Origin: Streptomyces phage YDN12
Direction: 5' to 3' (one strand)
Length of the DNA stretch: 24,000 nt
Sequence record: NC_028974.1
The notes below the pieces were generated by a model. It made no database searches. It worked only from the letters and a program-made list of their open reading frames with translations, and was not told the DNA's origin. The translations under genes and the position numbers were made by a program. Within the stretch, counting starts at the first letter, position 1; every line of letters begins with the position of its first letter. Shown here piece by piece: positions 15,071 through 21,895 of this stretch.

Positions 15071-15651
15071 GGGCGTACCGCGTAGTCGGTCTGGACCTGT
15101 CGCTGACGTCCACCGGCATGTCCGATGGACGTCAGAACTGGGTGACGCATACCGAGCCGTACCAGCAGATGGAAGGCCGCCTGGACCGCCTAGTGGGCCG
15201 CGCGCGGCTGTTCGTGAGCGGGACCACCGAGTGGCCGCAGGAAGCGGACCTGGTGGTCATCGAAGCGGGCGCGTTCAGCCGCAACATGCAGAAGGGTCAT
15301 GAGGAACTGGCCGCGCTGCGGTACATGGTCCGTCACAGCATGTGGCAGCTCGGCGTCCCGTTCACGCTCGTGTCCCCGTCCGCGCTCAAGCTGTACACGG
15401 CCGGCCACGGGAAGGCGACGAAGGCGCAGATGGTGCGTGCGGTCGCCGCTCGCCACGGCGTGGACCTGTCCAGCGTCATGGTGAAGGACGGTCGTTACGA
15501 CATGGCGGACGCCTTCGCGCTGGCCGCGATGGGGTACGCGTGGGCCAACAGGCCGCTGGTCACCGTTGGGCCGCCCCCGCCCCGTGCGTCGCTCATGTCC
15601 GTACCTTGGCCCTCGGCCGCTCACCCCGACCAGACCACCGAAGGAATCTGA
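15067..15651 (+). CDS. RuvC-like (RNase H fold) Holliday junction resolvase
   Basis: GTGA overlap start; VRAYRVVGLDLSLTSTGMSDG, EADLVVIEAGAFSRNMQ, RYDMADAFALAAMGYAWA: RuvC catalytic D...E...D pattern. Confidence 0.8.
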   Translation: MRAYRVVGLDLSLTSTGMSDGRQNWVTHTEPYQQMEGRLDRLVGRARLFVSGTTEWPQEADLVVIEAGAFSRNMQKGHEELAALRYMVRHSMWQLGVPFTLVSPSALKLYTAGHGKATKAQMVRAVAARHGVDLSSVMVKDGRYDMADAFALAAMGYAWANRPLVTVGPPPPRASLMSVPWPSAAHPDQTTEGI

Positions 15652-15653
15652 TC

Positions 15654-15908
15654 ATGTACGAGATGCCCCGGAAACTGTGGATCGCCACCTATGTTGCGGT
15701 GTGGGTGATCGTCGTCACGATCTTCGCCACCGGTCAGCCCATGTGGGTCTGCGTCATCGCGTCCGCCCTGTCGCTGGCCTTCGTCGGCTTCACCGATCCC
15801 GCGCCGCGCAGCTTCGAGCTGGTCCGTGCCGGCTGCGACTGCGCGCGTTGCGATCGGATGCGGGGCCGCCACAAGCGTCGCAGCACCGACGTCAAGGACG
15901 CCGACTGA
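15654..15908 (+). CDS. Small membrane protein with Cys-x-Cys-x2-Cys tail
   Basis: MYEMPRKLWIATYVAVWVIVVTIFATGQPMWVCVIASALSLAFVGFTDPAPRSFELVRAGCDCARCDRMRGRHKRR; two TM segments. Confidence 0.7.
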   Translation: MYEMPRKLWIATYVAVWVIVVTIFATGQPMWVCVIASALSLAFVGFTDPAPRSFELVRAGCDCARCDRMRGRHKRRSTDVKDAD

Positions 15909-15932
15909 CCTGGCGTTTCACCCGCGTCGCAC

Positions 15933-15991
15933 CCCCCGTGGCAGATCATTGCTACGGGGGTGTTGCATGTCCGGGGCCGCTCGTGTATCGT
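15933..15991 (+). promoter_or_regulatory. Hairpin plus promoter cassette
   Basis: Stem cccccgtggca/tgctacggggg (15933-15943/15950-15960), TTGCAT 15963-15968, N17, TATCGT 15986-15991, leader TTGTAAGCAACCGCAGCGAAGAAAGAGG. Confidence 0.7.
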
Positions 15992-16031
15992 CTTCCTTGT
16001 AAGCAACCGCAGCGAAGAAAGAGGCAGCATC

Positions 16032-17054
16032 ATGGCGAAGAACCTGACCCCCGCGAAGACCCCCGGCGTTGCAGTCGCCCGAGTCCTTCGCGGCCTCGGT
16101 CTGAAGCAGGGCCTGGACTTCGGCGTCCGGGGCGAGCGGAAGAACGGCGAGCGGATCGGCACCCGCGTGGCGGTGTTCGGCCAGCGGGCCAACCAGATCG
16201 TGGCCGACAACGCGAACGTGATCGAGCGGGCGGCGGCGGACGCGGGCTTCCACTTCAACGTCTCGGTCTACTTCACCCCGAGCGGCAGCGTGTGGGTGGC
16301 GGTCGCCAACTTCGGCCAGCGGACCCGGCAGACGCACTTCCTGTCCGCCACCCCGGCCGAGCCGGTCACCACGGTGGACACCGCCGAGGATGCCGAGGCG
16401 AAGACGCTGCGGGACCGCGCGGTGGCGCTGGCGGACGACAGCATGGCCGAGCCGAAGCCGGTCATCCGCGCGACGCTCGGTGAGCCCCGTCCCGCCTTCG
16501 GCCAGGACGCGGTGAAGCACGGCATCCGTACCCGGACCGCCGCGCCGAAGCCGGCCGAGGCCAGCCCGTACGCGGGCCGGGCCACCCGGACTTTCGGCAG
16601 CAGGACGTGGGGCTGCGGTGAGGCGGGGCAGATGTGGTTCCACCAGCGGACCGACCACGGTCCCCGCCACGTCCTGCGGGTGTACCTCGGCCGCGTCCGC
16701 GCGAACGGCTGGTACCTCTCGGGCCCCGGCATCAACGGGGATGCCTTCCTGGCGGGCACGCTGACCGTGGCCGCGCGCCGCGCGAACGTCCTGCTGGACG
16801 GTGTGTCCGAGCTGACCGACGCCATGGAACAGGTGATCGTGGACTGGCCGAAGGGCCAGCGGGTCCAGGGCGTGGACACGTACGGCGTGACCTGCATGGG
16901 CACCGTGAACGGCGTGGCGTGGGGCGCGGTGACGCAGCTCGGCCACGAGAACTACGGGCGCACGTGGGCAGACGTGGACTGGGACGAGATGCCGCACAAC
17001 CGGGGCACCGGCCGGCGGGGCCGCCCGTTCACCTCGGACCTGATCAAGCACTGA
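16032..17054 (+). CDS. Hypothetical protein (340 aa)
   Basis: MAKNLTPAKTPGVAVARVLRGLGLKQGLDFGVRGERKNGERIGTRVAVFGQRANQIVADNANVIERAAADAGFHFNVSVYFTP...; preceded by the cassette leader. Confidence 0.75.
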   Translation: MAKNLTPAKTPGVAVARVLRGLGLKQGLDFGVRGERKNGERIGTRVAVFGQRANQIVADNANVIERAAADAGFHFNVSVYFTPSGSVWVAVANFGQRTRQTHFLSATPAEPVTTVDTAEDAEAKTLRDRAVALADDSMAEPKPVIRATLGEPRPAFGQDAVKHGIRTRTAAPKPAEASPYAGRATRTFGSRTWGCGEAGQMWFHQRTDHGPRHVLRVYLGRVRANGWYLSGPGINGDAFLAGTLTVAARRANVLLDGVSELTDAMEQVIVDWPKGQRVQGVDTYGVTCMGTVNGVAWGAVTQLGHENYGRTWADVDWDEMPHNRGTGRRGRPFTSDLIKH

Positions 17055-17062
17055 CCGGCCCT

Positions 17063-17100
17063 GGACCGGGGTTGCTTCGGCAGCCCCGGTCCGGTAGCTT
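17063..17100 (+). promoter_or_regulatory. Hairpin plus embedded promoter cassette
   Basis: Stem ggaccgggg/ccccggtcc (17063-17071/17084-17092), TTGCTT 17072-17077, N17, TAGCTT 17095-17100, leader TAGCAACCGCAGAGAGG. Confidence 0.7.
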
Positions 17101-17129
17101 CGCACCTAGCAACCGCAGAGAGGAAACCC

Positions 17130-17486
17130 ATGCTTGACGTAACCGAGGTCAGTGGCCACGCCTTCGCCACGGTGTCCGTTGCCGTGACGGGCGCACCGCC
17201 GCTCAAGGCCACGTACCAGGACCGCCACTTCCAGCCCGCCCGCATCCACGTCCGCTACGCGTACAAGCCCGAGGCCGCCGAGGGGTGGACCGTGCACCGC
17301 TGGCACGCCGTGGAAGTCACGGCAGTGGGTCCCCGCATCCTGAAGCCCGCGCCGGACGGGTCCCAGCGCCTCGGCGTGGAAGACCTGCGGTACACCCCGA
17401 GCAAGGAAGACCCGCTGCCCGAGTGGCTGCGGCAGCTGGCCGCCGAGCTGGCCCCGTCCGGTGAAGTCACCATGGCGGGTGCGTGA
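17130..17486 (+). CDS. Hypothetical protein (118 aa)
   Basis: MLDVTEVSGHAFATVSVAVTGAPPLKATYQDRHFQPARIHVRYAYKPEAAEGWTVHRWHAVEVTA...; cassette promoter upstream. Confidence 0.7.
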   Translation: MLDVTEVSGHAFATVSVAVTGAPPLKATYQDRHFQPARIHVRYAYKPEAAEGWTVHRWHAVEVTAVGPRILKPAPDGSQRLGVEDLRYTPSKEDPLPEWLRQLAAELAPSGEVTMAGA

Positions 17487-17683
17487 TGGCGCGTGAGGGC
17501 GGCAGCGGCATCCGCTGCGCCCACCAGACCAGCCGGGGGTACGGCTGCCTGAACCAGGCGAAGGGCGGCCCCTTCTGCCCCGGCCACGACCCGCGCAACC
17601 AGTGCGGCCGGCCGACGCTGACGGGCACCGCCTGCAAGCGGCGCGCGACCGCGACGGGCGGCCCGTGCACGAAGCACAGCTGA
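17486..17683 (+). CDS. Small protein with a duplicated C-x(6)-C-x(7)-C-x2-H zinc-knuckle-like motif
   Basis: TGATG coupling at 17484-17488. CAHQTSRGYGCLNQAKGGPFCPGH and CGRPTLTGTACKRRATATGGPCTKH are tandem copies. Confidence 0.7.
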   Translation: MAREGGSGIRCAHQTSRGYGCLNQAKGGPFCPGHDPRNQCGRPTLTGTACKRRATATGGPCTKHS

Positions 17684-17691
17684 CCGAAGAA

Positions 17692-17768
17692 GTTCCGGGG
17701 CCGGGGTTGCATACGCAGCCCCGGCCCTGTAGCGTTCCCCTTGTAAGCAACCGCGACGAAGAAAGAAG
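17692..17768 (+). promoter_or_regulatory. Hairpin plus embedded promoter cassette, copy 1 of an exact 77-bp repeat
   Basis: Stem gggccgggg/ccccggccc, TTGCAT 17707-17712, N17, TAGCGT 17730-17735, leader TTGTAAGCAACCGCGACGAAGAAAGAAG. Confidence 0.8.
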
Positions 17769-17773
17769 ACCAG

Positions 17774-18139
17774 ATGCGAAGCGACCAGACCGCCGAGTTC
17801 GTGGCCACCCGGCCCTACGCGGACAGCCGCGCACTGCACCAGGCTGTGTCTGAACACAACCGCCGCGTGCTGCGCGCGCAGCGCTCGAACGAGTTTCCCG
17901 AGCTTGCCGCGCAACCGTTTCTGGCAGTCAGCGCGGGCACTGTGATGCACAGCCACGGCTTCCGGTACGAGTGTGCCAGCTGCCACCGCTACCGTGGCCC
18001 GCTCACCGCCGCGTCCACGAAGACGCACGACATTCTGAACCGGTCGGGTGAGCACCTGGACACCGTGCTGTGTGCGCACTGCTGGGGCCGCCTGCTGAAG
18101 GACGGCACCGAGCGTGAGCCCGCGTACCTGACCCGCTGA
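17774..18139 (+). CDS. Small zinc-ribbon-like protein (121 aa)
   Basis: MRSDQTAEFVATRPYADSRALHQAVSEHNRRVLRAQRSN...YECASCHRYRGPL...VLCAHCWGRLL: CxxC and CxxC pair. Confidence 0.7.
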   Translation: MRSDQTAEFVATRPYADSRALHQAVSEHNRRVLRAQRSNEFPELAAQPFLAVSAGTVMHSHGFRYECASCHRYRGPLTAASTKTHDILNRSGEHLDTVLCAHCWGRLLKDGTEREPAYLTR

Positions 18140-18143
18140 AGTT

Positions 18144-18220
18144 GTTCCGGGGCCGGGGTTGCATACGCAGCCCCGGCCCTGTAGCGTTCCCCTTGTAAGC
18201 AACCGCGACGAAGAAAGAAG
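18144..18220 (+). promoter_or_regulatory. Hairpin plus embedded promoter cassette, copy 2 of an exact 77-bp repeat
   Basis: Identical to 17692-17768: TTGCAT 18159-18164, N17, TAGCGT 18182-18187. Confidence 0.8.
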
Positions 18221-18225
18221 GAACC

Positions 18226-18639
18226 ATGACCGACGTGGACGAGACCATCAGCCTGACCGTGGACATCGCGGTCTTCCGGACGGACGGGTACGTCCTGCTG
18301 ATCGAGCGCGGGTGGGACCCGTTCAAGGGCCACTGGGCACTGCCCGGCGGATACGTCAACCGGGGTGAGGCCAGCAGGGACGCGGCGGCGCGTGAGCTGT
18401 ACGAGGAAACCCGCGTCCCCGCCCTGCCGGCCGAGCTGACGCGGGTGGACGTTTTCGACGCGCCGGGCCGCGACCCGCGTGGCCGCGTCGTCAGCGTGGC
18501 GTACATGCTCGAAGTCATCCCCGGTACCGAGGTCCGGGCCGGTGACGACGCCGTGGACGCCCGCTGGTGGCCGCTGTCCGAGCTGCCGCCGCTCGCCTTC
18601 GACCACGCCGAGATCATTGCGGCGGCCCGGAATATCTGA
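18226..18639 (+). CDS. Nudix hydrolase
   Basis: Nudix box GGYVNRGEASRDAAARELYEETRV fits GX5EX7REUXEEXGU closely. Confidence 0.9.
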   Translation: MTDVDETISLTVDIAVFRTDGYVLLIERGWDPFKGHWALPGGYVNRGEASRDAAARELYEETRVPALPAELTRVDVFDAPGRDPRGRVVSVAYMLEVIPGTEVRAGDDAVDARWWPLSELPPLAFDHAEIIAAARNI

Positions 18640-18649
18640 AGTTGTTCCG

Positions 18650-18687
18650 GGGGCGGGGTTGCATCAGCAGCCCCGCCCCTGTAGTGT
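18650..18687 (+). promoter_or_regulatory. Hairpin plus embedded promoter cassette
   Basis: Stem ggggcgggg/ccccgcccc (18650-18658/18671-18679), TTGCAT 18659-18664, N17, TAGTGT 18682-18687. Confidence 0.75.
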
Positions 18688-18728
18688 CTCTCTTGTAAGC
18701 AACCGCAGCGCAGGAAAGAAGGAACATC

Positions 18729-19463
18729 ATGAACAGTAACACCGACGTCTTCGCCCCGAGCAACACCGGCACGAAGGCCCACGCCTTCCTCGGCAGCCGA
18801 GGCGCGAAGGACGGGAACCTGCGGGCCGCCTGCCGCGTCACCATCCAGCGCAGCGTCTCGGCCACCTTCGTCAGCCTGGACCGCGCCCGGAAGTTCTACA
18901 GCGTGTGCGACAGCTGCGTGAAGCTGTTCCGGGCCGCCGAGGACCGCGCCGAAGCGTCCATGCAGCCGGCCACCGAGGCGCATGACCTCGGGTACGTCGC
19001 CCCGGTGGATGAGCGCACCGAGACCCCGCAGCAGGACGCGAAGCCCGCCCGCACCATGGGCGAGTACCTGGCCGAGCGCCGCGCCGCGAAGGTGCAGCAC
19101 GCGCCCGGCAAGGCCCTGCTGTGCGGGGACTGCCAGGGCAAGGGGCGGTCAGTCTGCATGAACGATGACCTGGCCGCCGAGGACGGCACGGTGAAGCTCG
19201 GCCACGACACGCTGACCCGCAAGGGGCCGTGGGGGATTGCCGTACTGGGACGCCGCACCTACGCCGTGAGCCTGCTGGTGCACCGCAAGACCGAGGGTGA
19301 GGACCCCGGCAACGGACACCGCGTCTACTGGGACCACGTCATCTACTGGAACGAGAGCACCGGGGGCACCGCTGGCCCGCTTCGCGCGGCCGGCAGCATC
19401 GACGCGCCGCACACCGTGGCCGGTCGCATCTGGTCGCTGCTGGTCGCGGCGAACATCGCCTAG
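18729..19463 (+). CDS. Hypothetical protein (244 aa) with CDSC and CGDC motifs
   Basis: MNSNTDVFAPSNTGTKAHAFLGSRGAKDGNLRAACRVTIQRSVSATFVSLDRARKFYSVCDSC...LLCGDCQGKGRSVC... Confidence 0.75.
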   Translation: MNSNTDVFAPSNTGTKAHAFLGSRGAKDGNLRAACRVTIQRSVSATFVSLDRARKFYSVCDSCVKLFRAAEDRAEASMQPATEAHDLGYVAPVDERTETPQQDAKPARTMGEYLAERRAAKVQHAPGKALLCGDCQGKGRSVCMNDDLAAEDGTVKLGHDTLTRKGPWGIAVLGRRTYAVSLLVHRKTEGEDPGNGHRVYWDHVIYWNESTGGTAGPLRAAGSIDAPHTVAGRIWSLLVAANIA

Positions 19464-19473
19464 GAACTTTCCC

Positions 19474-19510
19474 GCCGGGGGTTGCACCCGCGACCCCCGG
19501 CATGTAGCCT
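19474..19510 (+). promoter_or_regulatory. Hairpin plus embedded promoter cassette
   Basis: Stem gccggggg/cccccggc, TTGCAC 19482-19487, N17, TAGCCT 19505-19510, leader CTGTAAGCAACCGCAGCGAAGAAAGAAGG. Confidence 0.75.
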
Positions 19511-19550
19511 CGTACCTGTAAGCAACCGCAGCGAAGAAAGAAGGAACGTC

Positions 19551-19718
19551 ATGTCCCGCATCATCTTCCTGATCATCATGGCCATCAGCGCGTTGAGCAT
19601 CTTCAACGTGATCAACCCGCCCGAGTGGGCCTCGGCCGCGATCACGGGCATTGCCTTCGCCCTGCTGATCAACATCGTCGTGGACCAGCGCCTGAAGCGC
19701 GCGAAGGACAAGAGCTGA
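19551..19718 (+). CDS. Small membrane protein (55 aa)
   Basis: MSRIIFLIIMAISALSIFNVINPPEWASAAITGIAFALLINIVVDQRLKRAKDKS; two hydrophobic segments; cassette leader upstream. Confidence 0.7.
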   Translation: MSRIIFLIIMAISALSIFNVINPPEWASAAITGIAFALLINIVVDQRLKRAKDKS

Positions 19719-19930
19719 TGGCCGCCGGCCGCACCCGTGAAGTGACGAAGCTGATCAAGCAACTCGGCTCGGCGCGTCACGGCTGCACCATCGACCGCAC
19801 GAAGTCGGGTCACTGGAAGGTGACCCGCCCCGGACACCAGCCGGTCATCATCTCGTCCAGTCCGAGCGACGCGCACGCGGTGCGCAACGCTCGGGCGGAT
19901 GTCCGAAGGTACCTCGGCATCACGTTGTAA
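19718..19930 (+). CDS. HicA/YcfA-like small protein (70 aa)
   Basis: TGATG coupling. MAAGRTREVTKLIKQLGSARHGCTIDRTKSGHWKVTRPGHQPVIISSSPSDAHAVRNARADVRRYLGITL; the GHWKV...ISSSPSD...NARADVRR region resembles HicA dsRBD-fold mRNA interferases. Confidence 0.55.
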   Translation: MAAGRTREVTKLIKQLGSARHGCTIDRTKSGHWKVTRPGHQPVIISSSPSDAHAVRNARADVRRYLGITL

Positions 19931-19946
19931 CGCGCAACACCCCACA

Positions 19947-19978
19947 GGACCCCCGTCGCCACGCTGCGACGGGGGTCC
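19947..19978 (+). terminator. Strong intrinsic hairpin after the HicA-like gene
   Basis: ggacccccgtcgc/gcgacgggggtcc, perfect 13-bp stem, 6-nt loop, with outer gcaacac (19934-19940)/gtgttgc (19984-19990). Confidence 0.75.
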
Positions 19979-20044
19979 GTCGCGTGTTGCTGCAACGCCG
20001 TGGCAGTGCGACGGAAGCCGGCCGCAACGACATCGCACCGAGGG

Positions 20045-20073
20045 TTGCACCGTCGCGGCAGACGTGCCATACT
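20045..20073 (+). promoter_or_regulatory. Promoter of the same class, without an overlapping hairpin
   Basis: TTGCAC 20045-20050, N17, CATACT 20068-20073. Confidence 0.6.
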
Positions 20074-20162
20074 CAAAGGGCAGCAACGGGGAACCGGTTC
20101 GGTGGAACGAACCCGGACCGGTTCCCATCCAATCCGTGCAACACCGCGAAGGGACTGGAACC

Positions 20163-20498
20163 GTGGCGAAGAACCGAAGCCCGAAGCTCACGCACCGAGG
20201 CGTTGCGGTCGTCGCGCTGGCCTCGGCCGGTCTGGTGGCGGTCGCCCTGAACGGCTTCCCGGTGCAGGCCGCGCTGGCCGCCTACGCCGCGTACCTGCTG
20301 TTCACCGGCCACGGCAAGCGCGTGGCAGCGGTCATCCCGACCGCGCGACAGGCGTTGCGCGCGCTCTGCTGGGTGGTCGTCGCGCTGGCCGCGCTGGCCG
20401 CCGCACAGGGGGCGACGGGCCCCGGTGGCGCGCAGCTCGGTCTGTGCCTGGCCGCCGCGCTGGCGATGACCCTTCGTCTCACCCGCAACACCCGCTGA
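20163..20498 (+). CDS. Small integral membrane protein (111 aa)
   Basis: GTG start; VAKNRSPKLTHRGVAVVALASAGLVAVALNGFPVQAALAAYAAYLLFTGHG...ALRALCWVVVALAALAAAQGAT... Confidence 0.65.
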   Translation: MAKNRSPKLTHRGVAVVALASAGLVAVALNGFPVQAALAAYAAYLLFTGHGKRVAAVIPTARQALRALCWVVVALAALAAAQGATGPGGAQLGLCLAAALAMTLRLTRNTR

Positions 20499-20530
20499 CA
20501 ACCGCGCAACGACACGAGAGGAACAGCACG

Positions 20531-21571
20531 ATGAACTGGATGAAGAAGACCGAGCAGCCGAGGGCACAGAAAGACGGGATGGGGTGGGGACAGATTCTGG
20601 TCCTGGTCCTGGCCTGCGCGCCGATGGCCGCCGTGGGCATCGCGGGGGCCATTGCGACCTTCGTGAACATGGACCGGATTCTCAACTCGGGTGCCAGCGC
20701 GGCCGGCATGGTCGCAGCTGGTGAGGGTGCAACGCTCATCTGCGCCATGATCGCGCTGGCGGTCACGCTGATGGGACAGCACACCCCGCCCGTGGTCCGC
20801 CTCGGCATGTGGCTGCTGCCGGTGGTCGGTGCCGTTGCGGGCGTCGCGCTGGCGTCCACCACGAACGAGAAGATCATGATGGCGGTCACCCCCATGGCCA
20901 TGACCGCTGCTGGTGAGGGCGTCGCCTTCGTCGCCCGTCGCGTCGTGGCCCACCGCACCGGGACCGACATTGAGCAGCAGCGGCGGTCCGGCCTGCTGCT
21001 CTGGCACGCGAACCGCGCGCAGAACGGCGGGTGGCTCGGAAAGAAGCTGTCGCAGGCCGCCGTGTGGCGGCTGACGAAGGCGTTCGCTGAGACGGACCAG
21101 CAGCTGTCCGTGCAGCTCGGTGAGATCCAGCGGTACCGGATCGCTGACGGTGCGGACGTCAACCTGGCGGCAGTCCTGGCCGGTCCGGCCCCGAAGGCCC
21201 CGAAGACGTCCAGGAAGGCCGCAGTGGCCCCGGCACCGGCTGCGCCCGCCCTTCCCCCGGCAGCCCCGTCCGAGGCCCGTACGCAGCCGTCTGCGGACGC
21301 CGAGGACGACGACAGCCACCCGGCCCCGGCCACCGGGACCGAGCGCGACGCGGACAACCTGGCGTGGATTCAGGGGATCATGGCCGAGGCGCAGGCCAAC
21401 GTCATCGCGGACCCGCAGGTCAAGCTGATGACCGTGGCCGAGGTGGCGACGCTGAAGGGCGTGGCACCAGGCACCGTCCGCAGCTGGAAGCACCGGGGGA
21501 AGCTGCGGGTTCACGACGTGGTTGACGGGTCCCCGATGTTCCACCCCGAGGACGTGGCCGGCCTGGACTGA
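20531..21571 (+). CDS. Membrane protein (about 4 TM, DUF2637/Spd-like) with C-terminal MerR/excisionase-type HTH
   Basis: N-terminal hydrophobic helices GQILVLVLACAPMAAVGIAGAIATF, LICAMIALAVTLMG, LGMWLLPVVGAVAGVAL; Ala/Pro linker; C-terminal LMTVAEVATLKGVAPGTVRSWKHRGKLRVHDVVDGSPMFHPEDVAGLD. Confidence 0.7.
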   Translation: MNWMKKTEQPRAQKDGMGWGQILVLVLACAPMAAVGIAGAIATFVNMDRILNSGASAAGMVAAGEGATLICAMIALAVTLMGQHTPPVVRLGMWLLPVVGAVAGVALASTTNEKIMMAVTPMAMTAAGEGVAFVARRVVAHRTGTDIEQQRRSGLLLWHANRAQNGGWLGKKLSQAAVWRLTKAFAETDQQLSVQLGEIQRYRIADGADVNLAAVLAGPAPKAPKTSRKAAVAPAPAAPALPPAAPSEARTQPSADAEDDDSHPAPATGTERDADNLAWIQGIMAEAQANVIADPQVKLMTVAEVATLKGVAPGTVRSWKHRGKLRVHDVVDGSPMFHPEDVAGLD

Positions 21572-21591
21572 CCTGCTAAGCGGAACCTGAT

Positions 21592-21630
21592 CAGCAGCCC
21601 CGGCCTTCCTGGTCGGGGCTGCTGTTTGTT
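21592..21630 (+). terminator. Rho-independent terminator with T-rich tail
   Basis: cagcagccccg/cggggctgctg, perfect 11-bp stem, 11-nt loop, followed by TTTGTT. Confidence 0.85.
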
Positions 21631-21681
21631 CGAAAGTTGCAGCAGCCGGAAGGGGGTCGGGTGCACGCGGGTACGAGGGTT

Positions 21682-21810
21682 GGAACGGATGGAACGGCAG
21701 GGGCCCCATCCACCCCCGGCAAATGATCACAAACCGGTGGTTATCGCACGTCGGAACGGCTTGGAACATGATCGGGAACGGGCACTGGAACGGCACCGGG
21801 AACGGGCTGC
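21682..21810 (+). repeat. GGAACGG direct-repeat array (iteron-like or clt-like)
   Basis: GGAACGG at 21682, 21691, 21753, 21775, 21787 and 21799, plus GGAACAT at 21763; the last four starts are exactly 12 bp apart. Confidence 0.8.
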
Positions 21811-21895
21811 CACCTGCGCGTCTGTACGAACGGGGCAACATCGTGGTACAGTCACCGGGCAACCCACAACCGGAACCAGCAGGAAGGACAGGACC

